Source: a candidate division LCP-89 bacterium (lineage in GTDB: Bacteria; Electryoneota; B3-LCP). Taken from it: 47,883 bases of DNA. Below, in pieces: positions 20,314 through 31,375 of this stretch. The stretch's first letter is position 1. The number at the start of each line of letters is the position of its first letter. A program made the translations under genes and the position numbers. A model generated the notes under the pieces. The model ran no database searches. It saw only the letters and a program-made list of their open reading frames with translations, and was not told the origin of the DNA. Location: positions 1-47,883 of the forward strand of contig JALGVT010000029.1 in NCBI GenBank assembly GCA_025774555.1, written 5' to 3'.

Positions 20314-21459
20314 TTATTTTCCAAGGAAGTATGAAAGCAGAATTCCTGCTGCTGTGGCAGAGCCTATAACACCAGCAACATTGGGACCCATGGCGTGCAT
20401 CATGAGGTAGTTGTTGGGATCATACTGTCTTCCAACATTGTGGACGACTCTGGCGCTGTCCGGCACCGCGCTTACTCCCGCAGCGCCTATCAGGGGATTT
20501 ATCTTGTTTTCACTATTGAGAAATAAATTCATAATTTTCGCAAAGATGACACCTCCGGCAGTAGCAATGACGAAGCTGATCGCGCCAAGTGAAAAAATGA
20601 AAATCGATTGCGGTGTCAAGAAATACTGCGCTTGAGTTGAAGCTCCCACAGTTAATCCTAATAAAATAGTAACGATGTCAATTAGAGACGTTCCCGCCGT
20701 TTTAGCGAGTCTCTCCGTTACGCCGCTCTCCTTCAGGATATTTCCAAAGAAAAGCATTCCAAGCAGTGGTAAAGCTCCAGGTGAAATAAAGCATGTAGCT
20801 AAGAGCCCCAGGATAGGGAAGAGTATCTTCTCGCCTTTTGACACACTTCGGCTGGGTTTCATCCGTATGCGTTTCTCTTTAGAGGTAGTGAGCAGTTTCA
20901 TGACCGGCGGCTGGATGACCGGGACAAGCGCCATATATGAATAAGCTGCAATCGCGATGGCGCCCATCAGGTGGGGCGCTAATTTTGAAGAAGTAAAGAT
21001 TGCGGTCGGTCCATCAGCTCCACCGATTATCCCGATGGCAGCCGCTTCTTCGGGACTGAAGCCGAAAAAAAGAGCGCCGAGAAGTGTGATGAATATTCCA
21101 ATCTGAGCCGCCGCGCCCAGCAGGACAAGTTTCGGATTTGACAACAGAGCGGAGAAGTCGGATAGCGCTCCGATCCCTAAAAATATCAGAGGTGGATAGA
21201 CTCCTTTTAAAACACCGAAATACAGGTAGCTTAAGACGGAACCGTTTTCATATATTCCTATTTGAAGATTTGCGTCGATGGCGTAAGGGATGTTGCCGAT
21301 CAGTATCCCGAAACCGAGCGGAACGAGAAGAAGGGGTTCATAGTCCTTTTTAATAGCGAGATAGAGAAAGATTAAACCCACTGCGATCATGACTAAGTTT
21401 TTCCATATATCAGGCTGGGCAAACCCGGTATATGACAGGAATTTTATTAAGATATCCAT
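20314..21459 (-). CDS. Na+-translocating decarboxylase beta subunit (OadB/MmdB/GcdB family membrane subunit)
   Basis: Polytopic membrane protein in an operon with a carboxyltransferase, an OadG-like subunit and a BCCP. The ORF-track start is TTG. The ATG at 21457-21459 has GGAG 8 nt upstream. Confidence 0.8.
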   Translation of the reverse strand: MDILIKFLSYTGFAQPDIWKNLVMIAVGLIFLYLAIKKDYEPLLLVPLGFGILIGNIPYAIDANLQIGIYENGSVLSYLYFGVLKGVYPPLIFLGIGALSDFSALLSNPKLVLLGAAAQIGIFITLLGALFFGFSPEEAAAIGIIGGADGPTAIFTSSKLAPHLMGAIAIAAYSYMALVPVIQPPVMKLLTTSKEKRIRMKPSRSVSKGEKILFPILGLLATCFISPGALPLLGMLFFGNILKESGVTERLAKTAGTSLIDIVTILLGLTVGASTQAQYFLTPQSIFIFSLGAISFVIATAGGVIFAKIMNLFLNSENKINPLIGAAGVSAVPDSARVVHNVGRQYDPNNYLMMHAMGPNVAGVIGSATAAGILLSYFLGK

Positions 21460-21492
21460 ACGATGCTCCAATCGTGGGAAAACCCGAGATAA

Positions 21493-21933
21493 TTATTTCG
21501 TAATTGTGGCGATAACATGACCCTCGAGGATTGAATCCCCCTCTTTTACCTCAATAGTTTCAACAGCGCCATTCATAGTCGCGGGGATGCTGTTTTCCAT
21601 TTTCATCGCTTCCATAATGATAATTGGATCACCAGCTTTTACAGCATCACCCGGTTTTACAAGCACCTTCAGAACGAGTCCGGGCAGAGGAGCTTTTACT
21701 GACCCTGCGCCTTTGGATTCATCAGGCTTGGCTGTTACCTTGGTTCCCTCGCCTGGCACGGCGATGGGTCTTTCCAGCTTAGGTGTCGGACGAGCAATGG
21801 TCTGTCTCTTCGTGGGTTCAAGATATGCTTTATATTCTTCACCGTTGACGTTTATCAGAATCTCGTCCTTATCCCGTCTAATGATACGAGTTTCGTACTC
21901 CTGACCATAGATTTTAAACTTGTATATTTTCAT
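21493..21933 (-). CDS. Biotin carboxyl carrier subunit of the decarboxylase (gamma/BCCP)
   Basis: Biotinylation motif EAMKM inside a biotinyl/lipoyl hybrid-barrel sequence. Ala/Pro-rich linker. Start trimmed to the ATG at 21931-21933, with a GGAG SD. Confidence 0.8.
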   Translation of the reverse strand: MKIYKFKIYGQEYETRIIRRDKDEILINVNGEEYKAYLEPTKRQTIARPTPKLERPIAVPGEGTKVTAKPDESKGAGSVKAPLPGLVLKVLVKPGDAVKAGDPIIIMEAMKMENSIPATMNGAVETIEVKEGDSILEGHVIATITK

Positions 21934-21980
21934 TATTATCTCCGAGTTGCATGAGTGTAAATTACAGAAAATATGGCAAA

Positions 21981-22364
21981 TCACTTTTGTGGCGGTTCAC
22001 CCCGTTGTCTGTGCAGCCAGGATCTCCATGGTTTCGCCATATCACCTATCCACCAGTTACTATATGGTTTCGACATTGCCTGCATCGTCAACACAAGAGA
22101 CTCATTATCGTGAATCTGATCATCCTCTAAAATCAGGGTTATCGCTATTGCAGCGACAACGCCTGCCTGTATCTCGTTCCTTTTTCCAATTTCCAGGGCA
22201 GCATCCTTCGTAATCAGAATCTTCAGCTTGTTTTTCCAGATAAAGGAGTATTTCAGCCCCTTCATAAGAATTAGCAGCACTACCAGCGCCATAAAAACAA
22301 CGAGCATACCCACTCCCATCAGGGTGAGCCCATCTCCTTCGATTATGCTCTGCCAATTATACAT
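21981..22364 (-). CDS. OadG-family small membrane anchor subunit (delta) of the Na+-pumping decarboxylase
   Basis: The N-terminus (EGDGLTLMGVGMLVVFMALVVLLILM) matches the OadG signature (GhxLhhhGMxhVFhFL). Size and operon position fit. Confidence 0.65.
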   Translation of the reverse strand: MYNWQSIIEGDGLTLMGVGMLVVFMALVVLLILMKGLKYSFIWKNKLKILITKDAALEIGKRNEIQAGVVAAIAITLILEDDQIHDNESLVLTMQAMSKPYSNWWIGDMAKPWRSWLHRQRGEPPQK

Positions 22365-22381
22365 TTATCTTTTGCCTCATG

Positions 22382-23941
22382 TTAAAGTGGGATACAACCA
22401 TGTTTGCGGGGGAGATTCAATTCGCGTTTCCCGGCAAGCGATTCCAAGCCTCGTATAATGCGGAACCGGCTGTTGCGAGGCTCTATTACGTCATCTATAA
22501 AACCGAGTTTTGCCGCATCATAGGGATTGGCAAATTTGTCTCGGTATTCCTTCTCTTTTTGATTGAAGAATTTCTCTTTTTCTTCAGCAGTCATTTTTTT
22601 GGCTTCATGTCCATAGAGAACTTCAACCGCGCCGCGGGGTCCCATGACAGCTATCTCAGCCATGGGCCAGGCGTAATTGAGATCTCCGCGCAGATGTTTT
22701 GAACCCATGACATCATAAGCACCACCGTAAGCTTTTCTGGTAATTATTGTGATCTTGGGAACGGTTGCTTCAGCGTATGCGTAGAGCAGTTTAGCGCCAT
22801 TGAGGATAATTCCTTCATATTCCTGTATGGTACCAGGCATGAATCCAGGCACATCCACAAATGTAACTATGGGTATGTTGAAGGCATCACAGAATCTGAT
22901 GAACATGGCTGCTTTCCGGGAAGCTTTGTTGTCGAGTACTCCGGCAAGGTGCGACGGCTGGTTTGCGATGATGCCAGTCGATCGACCTTTAAAACGGGCG
23001 AATCCACAAATAATATTCGGAGCCCAACGGCGGCGGACTTCAAGAAAATCGTTATGATCCACAACCGCTTCAATTACGCTTTTCATGTCGTACGGCTGGT
23101 TTGGATCGCCAGGAATGATATAATTAAGGTCATCCTCAAGACGGTCTATCGGATCATCGCAACTCACAAGCGGCGGTTCTTCGACATTATTTTGAGGAAT
23201 AAAAGTGATAAGTTTCTTGATAAGGTCAAATATCTCATCCTCACTCTCAGTAATAAAATGTGCCACTCCACTCTTGCTGGCATGGATTTCAGCTCCGCCC
23301 AGTTGTTCTGTTGTTACATCTTCGTGGGTAACTGTTTTGACCACTTTGGGACCTGTAACGAACATATAGCTGGTATTGCTCACCATCATAGTGAAGTCTG
23401 TAATAGCAGGGCTGTAGACTGCTCCTCCAGCGCAGGGACCGAGAATTGCGGAAATCTGTGGAACTACACCGGATGCGGTAACATTACGTAGAAAAACGTC
23501 AGCATATCCCGCCAGGCTCAGGACGCCCTCCTGAATACGCGCGCCGCCTGAATCATTCAGTCCTATGATGGGCATACCCACTTTTACCGCATAGTCCATG
23601 ATTTTGCAGATCTTCTTGGCGAACATTTCGCCAAGCGAACCTCCAAAAACAGTGAAGTCCTGTGAAAATACGGCTACCTGACGTCCCCGGATCGTCGCAT
23701 GACCGGTTACCACGCCGTCTGCCAGAAATTCTTGATCTCCCAGCCCGAAATCTGATTCTCGCTGGGCGACAAACATATCGAATTCTTCAAACGAACCTTC
23801 ATCCACAAGATGTATAATACGTTCTCTGGCGGTGTATTTTCCTTTTCCATGCTGGGTTTCTATTCTGCGTTCTCCGCCGCCCATTCGAGCCTGTTTGCGA
23901 AGTTCCTGCAGCTCTTTAAGTTTTCGTTCGATCTCTTCCAT
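22382..23941 (-). CDS. Acyl-CoA carboxyltransferase subunit (methylmalonyl-CoA decarboxylase alpha / propionyl-CoA carboxylase beta family)
   Basis: Carboxyl transferase N and C domains. N-terminal [11 protein letters not shown]...[22 protein letters not shown] is typical of MmdA/PccB. Confidence 0.85.
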   Translation of the reverse strand: MEEIERKLKELQELRKQARMGGGERRIETQHGKGKYTARERIIHLVDEGSFEEFDMFVAQRESDFGLGDQEFLADGVVTGHATIRGRQVAVFSQDFTVFGGSLGEMFAKKICKIMDYAVKVGMPIIGLNDSGGARIQEGVLSLAGYADVFLRNVTASGVVPQISAILGPCAGGAVYSPAITDFTMMVSNTSYMFVTGPKVVKTVTHEDVTTEQLGGAEIHASKSGVAHFITESEDEIFDLIKKLITFIPQNNVEEPPLVSCDDPIDRLEDDLNYIIPGDPNQPYDMKSVIEAVVDHNDFLEVRRRWAPNIICGFARFKGRSTGIIANQPSHLAGVLDNKASRKAAMFIRFCDAFNIPIVTFVDVPGFMPGTIQEYEGIILNGAKLLYAYAEATVPKITIITRKAYGGAYDVMGSKHLRGDLNYAWPMAEIAVMGPRGAVEVLYGHEAKKMTAEEKEKFFNQKEKEYRDKFANPYDAAKLGFIDDVIEPRNSRFRIIRGLESLAGKRELNLPRKHGCIPL

Positions 23942-24217
23942 AATTCACCCGATTTAAGCCATAGATATTATTTGCAAAGATACGAAATTGTCCTGTTATT
24001 AGCAAGAATTATAATGCTTTTCAAGTTGGGAGACTTGCTGTTAAAACAACACAAAGATGCAGTAATATTAAATGTTTTATATGCGAGACAGCTTTAAATC
24101 ACAGACCTAAAAAGACTTGATATTTGCGCGGTTTAAGTGTATATTATCGATTATAGTAACCCGTGCAGATCCGCGGACTCGAGAAACGTATGTAAGATCA
24201 AAGTTATAAGCGCCTCA

Positions 24218-25537
24218 ATGAACGCAGCAGCAAAAGTCTTTCTTGATTCATACGGCTGCCAGATGAATCTATACGACAGCGAACTGGTTTGCAGCTTGCT
24301 GAGAAGTGAAGATTACCTAATCACGTATGATTACAGAGAAGCGGACATTATTCTGATCAATACGTGCAGCGTCCGTGAGCATGCTGAACAGCGAGCCATC
24401 GGGAGGCTTCGCTCATTTGGTTCACTCAAAAAGAACAAACCGAGGCTTATCTTAGGCGTTCTGGGTTGCATGGCTGAGCGCCTGGGCGAGAAAATGAAGG
24501 AGGTAGTTCCCGATGTTAATCTCGTTCTGGGTCCTGCTGCTTATCGTGATTTGCCCCGGTTATTAGATGAGCAGTTAAACGGACACAACGGGCAATTCAT
24601 CACCGCGCAGAGTAATCCCGGTGAAAATTACAGCGGCATACGTCCCGACAGGCGTGAAGGAGTGAACGCTTTTGTCTCTATCATGCGGGGATGCGATAAC
24701 TTTTGCTCTTATTGCATCGTTCCTTACGTCAGAGGGCGCGAAAGAAGCCGGTCGCCTGAAGAGATAATATCTGAAGTACAGGATGCTGTGAAGTGCGGTT
24801 TCCCGGAAGTTACTCTTCTTGGTCAGAATGTAAACTCATACCGCTGGCAGGATGTATCATTCCCTGATCTACTTGGCGCCGTCGCAGAAGTTGAGGGTTT
24901 AAAACGTCTGCGCTTCGTAACCTCTCATCCACGCGATTTAAGCTACGATCTGATAACCTGCATGGCAAAAGGCGGTGTTATCTGTCCATCATTGCACCTG
25001 CCGGCGCAATCTGGATCGGATCATACACTAAAGAGAATGAATCGGGGATATACACGCGGGCAATATCTAGAAAAAGTGAGAAAACTGCGTGATTTTATAC
25101 CTAGAATTACACTTACGACGGATCTCTTATGTGGATTCCCAGGTGAGACAGAAGATGATTTTCAAGAGACGCTGGATTTGATCCGTGAAGTTGAATACGA
25201 CGATGCTTTTACTTTCAAGTATTCTGTCAGAGAGGGAACGCAAGCGGCAGAAATGAATGATGACGTACCAGAAAACGTAAAGATCGAACGTCTTGAAAGA
25301 ATGATAGCGCTAACGCGCAAGACTGCTGATTCGTCTCGCAAAAATATGATCGGTAAAATCGTTGAGGTTTTAATCGAGAATCCCAGTCCTAAGAGCGCTC
25401 TTGAATGGCAGGGCAGAACAGCTTGCGGCAGAGTCGCGCTCGTTCCGGGTGATTTCCAACGAGGCGAAATCATCCCTGTAAAGGTGGAGGAAGTGCGCGG
25501 ATTCTCACTCTGGGGAAATAAGACAACAGATAATTAA
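24218..25537 (+). CDS. miaB: tRNA-2-methylthio-N6-dimethylallyladenosine synthase MiaB (radical SAM methylthiotransferase)
   Basis: MTTase N-terminal domain (VFLDSYGCQMN), radical SAM CSYCIVP and a TRAM domain. The ORF-track GTG at 24137 adds 27 non-conserved residues, so the ATG at 24218 is preferred. Confidence 0.85.
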   Translation: MNAAAKVFLDSYGCQMNLYDSELVCSLLRSEDYLITYDYREADIILINTCSVREHAEQRAIGRLRSFGSLKKNKPRLILGVLGCMAERLGEKMKEVVPDVNLVLGPAAYRDLPRLLDEQLNGHNGQFITAQSNPGENYSGIRPDRREGVNAFVSIMRGCDNFCSYCIVPYVRGRERSRSPEEIISEVQDAVKCGFPEVTLLGQNVNSYRWQDVSFPDLLGAVAEVEGLKRLRFVTSHPRDLSYDLITCMAKGGVICPSLHLPAQSGSDHTLKRMNRGYTRGQYLEKVRKLRDFIPRITLTTDLLCGFPGETEDDFQETLDLIREVEYDDAFTFKYSVREGTQAAEMNDDVPENVKIERLERMIALTRKTADSSRKNMIGKIVEVLIENPSPKSALEWQGRTACGRVALVPGDFQRGEIIPVKVEEVRGFSLWGNKTTDN

Positions 25538-25565
25538 TCAAATAGAATTAGGCTGGAGACTCCTT

Positions 25566-25910
25566 ATGTGGATAGTCCGGTGGGTATTAATCACACTTCT
25601 GATTTTGATCCTGGTTGGATTTCTGGGACTGAATCAGGATGAATTCGTGGATGTGGATTTCCTCTTCTGGGAAAGCCCTCAGATTGCGCTGGCTTATGCG
25701 CTATTCTTCGCGTTTGCGCTTGGTATGATCATTCATCTTTTGATTTCTATCATGAGTCAGATCCAGTTGCGAACTGAGATAGGTAGAAAAAAACGAGAAA
25801 TACGGAAATTGAAGGATGAATTAGAAGGACTGCGTAACCTCTCTATCGAAGAAGAGCTCCTCGACGTTAAGAAAAAGGCATTACCGACACCAGATAAAGC
25901 CGGAGATTAA
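25566..25910 (+). CDS. LapA-like (DUF1049) inner-membrane protein
   Basis: Two TM helices followed by a charged coiled-coil tail. Directly precedes the LapB-like gene with a 1-nt gap. Confidence 0.6.
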   Translation: MWIVRWVLITLLILILVGFLGLNQDEFVDVDFLFWESPQIALAYALFFAFALGMIIHLLISIMSQIQLRTEIGRKKREIRKLKDELEGLRNLSIEEELLDVKKKALPTPDKAGD

Positions 25911-25911
25911 A

Positions 25912-27051
25912 ATGGGGTTATGGTTATTTCTGATTATCACCGCGCTGGTAATAGCGATTATCATTTACTATTATTTTAAAGTTTATCAGCGTGCCAGATC
26001 AAGAGAACTTGAACTGCCTTATACGCAGGGGTTGAATCACCTCTTAGAAGGTGATTTGGAAGCCGCGAAGGAGAAATTTCACAAGGCAGTACAGCAGGAT
26101 TCAGATAATCTCGACGCCTATTTAAAAATGGGCGCCATCCTGCGTGAACAGGATCAGGTTATTCCTGCAATTAAAGTACATCAGAGTTTAACGGTTAGAC
26201 CGGACCTGAAACAGGGGCAACGGGTAGAGATATACAAAGAACTCGCGCTTGATTATGAGCAGGCAGAAGCTTATGAGCGCGCTGCCGAGAGCGCTGAGAA
26301 AATCTTTTCAGTCGTGAAAGATCACCGCTGGGCTCTTAGTTTTCGGATACGAATCGCTGAAAAGCTTAAAGACTGGCAGACGGCTTTCGATTTAACTCGC
26401 AGAATGAACGCGCTTGATAAGAAAAAAGACGATCAAAGATTGGCATTATACCGCGTTGAAGAAGGATTGTCATTGATCGAATCCGACAAGGGGAAAGATG
26501 GCAGGATTAAATGCCGCGAGGCGCTTAAACTGGACCGCACCTGTGCGCACGCGTATCTTACTCTGGCTCATTCCTACATAGATGAGAAGCGTGAAGAGGA
26601 TGCTGCCCAGGAATTGCAGAACCTGCTTGATGCTAATCCTGAGAAGTCTTATCTCGCTTACGAGGATTTAGAAAGCCTCTTTTTCAACTTAGGACGTTTC
26701 GGCGATCTGGAGAAGGTGTACCGAGACATTATTTCAAAACAGCCTGACAACCTTGAAGCGTCTAAGTCACTGGCTCGCTTTCTAAATAAGAAGGGCGAGG
26801 TGGACAGCGCTCTTCGAGTCTGTACTGAAGCGATGGAAAAACACCCGGACGACCTGTGGATGCGCCGCTTCATGATACGCGCTCTCGTTGAAGCAGACAG
26901 ACTTGATCAGATCGGACCACTGGTCATCGAGATCCTTGATCGCGTGCTGGTAGAAGAGCCATTCTATGTCTGTTCAAGTTGCGGGTACCGAACCAAAGAG
27001 CCACGCTGGCGCTGTCCTGAATGCTCCACAATGGATTCATTTAATATATAG
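25912..27051 (+). CDS. lapB: LapB/YciM-like LPS assembly regulator: N-terminal TM, TPR repeats, C-terminal rubredoxin-type zinc finger
   Basis: N-terminal TM helix, TPR repeats, and a C-terminal CSSCGYRTKEPRWRCPEC metal-binding motif as in LapB. Confidence 0.7.
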   Translation: MGLWLFLIITALVIAIIIYYYFKVYQRARSRELELPYTQGLNHLLEGDLEAAKEKFHKAVQQDSDNLDAYLKMGAILREQDQVIPAIKVHQSLTVRPDLKQGQRVEIYKELALDYEQAEAYERAAESAEKIFSVVKDHRWALSFRIRIAEKLKDWQTAFDLTRRMNALDKKKDDQRLALYRVEEGLSLIESDKGKDGRIKCREALKLDRTCAHAYLTLAHSYIDEKREEDAAQELQNLLDANPEKSYLAYEDLESLFFNLGRFGDLEKVYRDIISKQPDNLEASKSLARFLNKKGEVDSALRVCTEAMEKHPDDLWMRRFMIRALVEADRLDQIGPLVIEILDRVLVEEPFYVCSSCGYRTKEPRWRCPECSTMDSFNI

Positions 27052-27069
27052 AAAAGAGCTGCCAGTCTG

Positions 27070-27297
27070 ATGTTGAAAATGGCTTGGAAACTGATTGTCC
27101 TAATTATCGGTTTAACGATTATCTTGATAGGACTCATTATGCTCGTCACGCCGGGACCCGCAATAATAGTGATCCCAATTGGTCTTGCTGTTCTCGCATC
27201 GGAATTTGTCTGGGCAAAGAGGATACTGAATAAGCTAAAAGAAGAGGGTAAGAAGATGAGATCATCCGTTTTCCATACAAATTCGGATAGGAGCTAA
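27070..27297 (+). CDS. Small PGPGW-motif transmembrane protein
   Basis: Two TM helices with a PGPA(I) motif between them (LVTPGPAIIV). Confidence 0.5.
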   Translation: MLKMAWKLIVLIIGLTIILIGLIMLVTPGPAIIVIPIGLAVLASEFVWAKRILNKLKEEGKKMRSSVFHTNSDRS

Positions 27298-27307
27298 GAT
27301 AGACGTA

Positions 27308-28108
27308 ATGATTCGATTTAAGTACCTGATTACAGGAAAGAAAAATAACCGGGCTGAAGGATTACTGCTGATCATATGCTCGGTATTTTTCATTCTGGCA
27401 TGTTTCAACAGCGTTCAAGCGCAGAACGGATTGCGAGCTTATGATCATGGGCTTCTCTTCGAGACGTTTGGTTACATTAAGGATGGTTCTGCGGATTCAA
27501 GTGAGGTTGATTTCATTCGTGCTGCGATGACCGTCGATGCGGACAGCGCCGTCGAAATCTATCGGCAGATCGTCCTGCGGAACCCTGAATCAGAGGCAGC
27601 AAAACGCGCCATGGATAGGATCAGACAGTACAATTATGCACAAGGTCTCTATAAGCGAGCGGATGAATTAGGCAGCACACTGGGAGAATGGCAGCCTCCT
27701 CAAAGACGTCTAAGAAGCGCTGAATCAACTCCGCCGCCGCCGATCTCTTTCAATTATAAAGCACTGACTCAACGTGAAGAACCAAAGTCGGATACTGCCG
27801 CAGAAAACATAATTGAAAAAACAGTTGAACCGGAGTCAGTCCAGACAACTCCGGATGAGTCCCCAACATACGCTTTCAGTCTTCAGGTTGGCGCCTTCAG
27901 CAGCAGATCAAATGCTAATAATCTAAAAAAACGACTTGAGGACGCAGACTATCAAAGTATCATCGTTCCTCCTGAAGATAACCCGACCAGCCTCTACATG
28001 GTGCGTGTCATAGGATTTCAAACTGTAGGCGATGCGTTTTCCGCAGCAGAACTGATACAACAGGAATTCAGCATTCAGCCGATTGTGGTTCCGAGTGGGG
28101 GAGAGTGA
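27308..28108 (+). CDS. SPOR-domain (peptidoglycan-binding) protein with N-terminal membrane anchor
   Basis: C-terminal SPOR-like block (FSLQVGAFSSRSNANNLKKRLEDADYQS...YMVRVIGFQTVGDA). Confidence 0.65.
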   Translation: MIRFKYLITGKKNNRAEGLLLIICSVFFILACFNSVQAQNGLRAYDHGLLFETFGYIKDGSADSSEVDFIRAAMTVDADSAVEIYRQIVLRNPESEAAKRAMDRIRQYNYAQGLYKRADELGSTLGEWQPPQRRLRSAESTPPPPISFNYKALTQREEPKSDTAAENIIEKTVEPESVQTTPDESPTYAFSLQVGAFSSRSNANNLKKRLEDADYQSIIVPPEDNPTSLYMVRVIGFQTVGDAFSAAELIQQEFSIQPIVVPSGGE

Positions 28109-28171
28109 GAATCAAATCTTCTCCTTTTGCTTTTAAGGGTTTACATTTTAATAGAATTTGTTTGAGGCTAT

Positions 28172-30196
28172 ATGAAACAAGAGAATGAAGAGGCAGAAAA
28201 AAATGAATCACTGAATGATGATCAGCTACATCCGGTGAATTTACGAAATGAAGAGGATACGAACGAAAAAAACGGCGAAACAGGATTAAGCAAATTTAAA
28301 GAACCTACTTTTATTTTTGCAATCGTTTTATCATTTATTTTCGGTTTTTTTGGTATTTATGCCTATATCAAATCACCAAAAGTACCAGAACTTCAGAAAG
28401 CGTTTGAAAGCTCTTTAGAAAAAAGTGGCTTGCTTAAACCAAAATCATTTGAAGAGATATATGCCGCTATAGGGAAAAATTATGAAAATGTAGGAGATGC
28501 AGTCTGTCAATTAATAAAAAAGTCCTCCACGAATCTTATAGGTGGGAATTTTGCGCTCGCAGTAAAAGAATATGAGGCACTGGTACTACTCTTCCCAACT
28601 GTAGCGGATTTATACTTTAATCTGGCTAATGCACACTGGGGACTTGGTCATATTGAAGATACTATGTCCTGTTTACAAAAAGTTATAAAAATTGATGAGG
28701 ATTATGCATTTGCATATTACAATTTAGGCGTTTTATACTCAGGACTTAGAGACAATGGAAATGCAAAAGAGATGTTTAGAAAAGCCTTAGAAAATGATCC
28801 TTTATTGCCAGAAGCTTATAATAATCTTGGAATTATTTACAGTGATGAGGGGAAAAAGCAAAAAGCAAAAGAATTCTTTAGAAAAGCAATAGAAATAGAT
28901 CCAGTTCACACGTACGCACATTATAACTTAAGTAGACAATATTTTTTAGAGGGCTCTTACCACGAGGCTGCTAAGGAATGCAGTCTATCAATAAATAATT
29001 ATCCTGAAGATAGTAAATGTAGAACAAATCTTGGACAATCGCTAAAAGAACTTGGAATGGTTGAAGAGGCAATAGAACAATTCAAAATAGCGATAAGGTT
29101 AAATGATCAAAACTCAATCGCCTATTATAATTTGGGTATTGCGCTTGTAGAAAAAAACGAATTAAACGAAGCTATCAAATTATTCCGAGAAGCAACAAGG
29201 TTAAACGATGATTTTTTTGAAGCTCACTATAATTTGGGAATTGCATTGAGTAAAAATGGAGAGTTGGAAGAATCACTTAGGTCATACAATAAGGCTTATT
29301 TAATAAATCAGAATGATGCGCAGTTACTATTTCAACTTGGTAATACGTATTATAAGAAAGAATTACTCGATAGTTCAGCTTTCTTCTATGAAAAAGCAAT
29401 CGCTATTAAGCCTGATGATCTCAATACATTGAATAAACTTGGTAATTTATACCGAAAACGCGGAAACGTAAAAATAGCTAAAGAAATGTACTACAAAGCA
29501 TTGAAGATAGATTACTCGCAATCGGATGTCCATTATAATCTTGGAATTCTATTTATGAATAATAACAACATCAAACTTGCTTTAAAGGAAACCAAGATCG
29601 CTATATCTATTGACTCTACCTTTGCACCATCATTCTTCCAGCTTGCTGTGATTTATTACTCTAAAGGCGATACTAGTCGTGCGTATAATTATATAACTAG
29701 AGCAATTAATATCGATCCGCTATATCCTGAAGCCTTTTTTACATTGGGCACGTATTTACATCACGAGGGTCGTTTTCAGGATTCATTTAGTGCGTTTCTG
29801 AATGCAATATATTTAAAACCTGACTGGTATGAAGCTCACATTCAAATAATGTCTGTATGTTCTGATCAAGGTAAGTATAAAACAAAACAAGTCAGAGAAG
29901 ACAATAGAATAAATTTATATGCAGATTTCTATGGCACATATATACAGTTGGCGAGTGATCTTTTCCAAGCCGATCTAATAAGGGAATCTGTACTTGCACA
30001 TTATGCAGCATACAACTTCGATTGGTTCTTCTCATCTGTTCTTTTAGAAAAGGGGATTCCTGGTCCTGATGATTCAGAATACAAGAATACTGTTGGTCTA
30101 CTACAAGTTTTAAAGAATACAATTAGTAACAACTTCACAACCGAAAATGAAATAATTGACGATTTATTAAGTAAATATAATAAGAGATTAGACTAA
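28172..30196 (+). CDS. Large TPR-repeat protein with one TM segment; AT-rich relative to the flanks
   Basis: About 12 consecutive TPR units (AxYNLGxxY). TM helix FIFAIVLSFIFGFFGIYAY. Composition noticeably AT-richer by eye. Confidence 0.7.
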   Translation: MKQENEEAEKNESLNDDQLHPVNLRNEEDTNEKNGETGLSKFKEPTFIFAIVLSFIFGFFGIYAYIKSPKVPELQKAFESSLEKSGLLKPKSFEEIYAAIGKNYENVGDAVCQLIKKSSTNLIGGNFALAVKEYEALVLLFPTVADLYFNLANAHWGLGHIEDTMSCLQKVIKIDEDYAFAYYNLGVLYSGLRDNGNAKEMFRKALENDPLLPEAYNNLGIIYSDEGKKQKAKEFFRKAIEIDPVHTYAHYNLSRQYFLEGSYHEAAKECSLSINNYPEDSKCRTNLGQSLKELGMVEEAIEQFKIAIRLNDQNSIAYYNLGIALVEKNELNEAIKLFREATRLNDDFFEAHYNLGIALSKNGELEESLRSYNKAYLINQNDAQLLFQLGNTYYKKELLDSSAFFYEKAIAIKPDDLNTLNKLGNLYRKRGNVKIAKEMYYKALKIDYSQSDVHYNLGILFMNNNNIKLALKETKIAISIDSTFAPSFFQLAVIYYSKGDTSRAYNYITRAINIDPLYPEAFFTLGTYLHHEGRFQDSFSAFLNAIYLKPDWYEAHIQIMSVCSDQGKYKTKQVREDNRINLYADFYGTYIQLASDLFQADLIRESVLAHYAAYNFDWFFSSVLLEKGIPGPDDSEYKNTVGLLQVLKNTISNNFTTENEIIDDLLSKYNKRLD

Positions 30197-30612
30197 CAAT
30201 ATTAGTTCTTCATGCAAATCTTCCATAACAAACTCAGATGGTGTACGATGCAGTCGGATCACGCAGAATAGGTCTGTCGTTAAGTATAAATTGAAGCCCC
30301 ACGACGCAGTGACTATACTCCTTCAACTGTGTCTTTTATCATTACGGCTGGTCCAAGATTCTCACATCAGAGTCGATTATGCATAATCGTTATATTTGAG
30401 TGTTGCGACCTGCTGAGAGATGGAAGAGATAAAAAGCTGAACCACTGATTTACACTGATTATTGGATTGCACAGATTTCTTTTTTTATCATTACGGACAA
30501 GCCTGCCTGAGGCAGACGAGCCCGTCTTTAGCGGATAAAACCGACGGAGGTAATAACCAATAATGTTAGCCGAGTTCAGTAAATCCAAATTACAGCGAAG
30601 GCAAAGCACCAA

Positions 30613-30909
30613 ATGCAAGCGCCGCAAACCATATCCGGTGAGCTGGATTTTATCCTTCTTATTTATGCTGGCTATCTTATAATAACCGGCAGACCGTTTT
30701 TTCTGATCAGGATGAGACGGTGGTCATCGTGGTGGCCTGATCTGCAGAGTAAATGGTTTCAGATTGCCGGAGGAGTTTATCTTTCGGAATTCCTGCTCTT
30801 TCTCTTTATCCCGGGTATACCTTATGAAATTGACATCGTTTTTATGATAATCGCCGGGATTCTATTCTTAATCGGTGTTTGTGCCGCTTTACAAAAGCCG
30901 ATTTATTGA
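30613..30909 (+). CDS. Hypothetical small membrane protein (weak call)
   Basis: An ORF with 2-3 hydrophobic helices upstream of tmRNA. No recognisable motifs or SD. Confidence 0.25.
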   Translation: MQAPQTISGELDFILLIYAGYLIITGRPFFLIRMRRWSSWWPDLQSKWFQIAGGVYLSEFLLFLFIPGIPYEIDIVFMIIAGILFLIGVCAALQKPIY

Positions 30910-31016
30910 CAGGCTGCTAATTATAAAAATGTTGAAAATTCTGGGGAAAGCTCATTCTTATAGAAAGAGTACTTGCTTTTTTCTGTTTTTATTAGTACAT
31001 TACAGTTGCAACTAAT

Positions 31017-31375
31017 GGGGACGACTTGGTTTCGACGGGATAGGAGGAAGCTGGATCAGCAGGTCGGGGAGAGCGTGACCCCGTTAAAACCCGCTAAATT
31101 CACAAATGCCGAAAATAACGGCTATGCCTTAGCTGCTTAAAAAAAAGCGGCTACGTCCGACCGAACCTTCGCCCATCTGGGACGGATTCGGGCGACATCT
31201 CGATGGGCTGGCGTGACGCAGTGTCTCGATGCGCCGCGTGAGAACTACGAGACTGGCTTTTCTTTCGATCTGTCGATGGATTAAAAGGAAGGCGAGACTT
31301 AAACATCGACTAAGCCTGTAGCGGGTCCTTCAGTCACTATTTCGGACGCGGGTTCGATTCCCGCCGTCTCCACAA
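31017..31375 (+). ncRNA. ssrA: tmRNA (SsrA), one-piece. Tag peptide reading frame ...AENNGYALAA* (gcc gaa aat aac ggc tat gcc tta gct gct taa at 31108-31140)
   Basis: 5' GGGGACGACUUGGUUUCGACGGG pairs with the 3' ...GGACGCGGGUUCGAUUCCCGCCGUCUCCA(CAA) tRNA-like acceptor/T-arm. The internal ORF ends in the canonical YALAA tag. Confidence 0.9.

Noticed and set aside
28600-29800. Regularly spaced short DNA repeats (gcNcaYtataatYtRgg...) that might have been CRISPR-like
   Set aside because: They are codon-level repeats of TPR units (AHYNLG motifs) inside a coding region, with variable sequence and protein-coding periodicity.
30367-30627. 86-aa minus-strand ORF upstream of tmRNA
   Set aside because: No SD, a low-complexity product, and it overlaps the repeat-bearing intergenic region, so it is likely non-coding.
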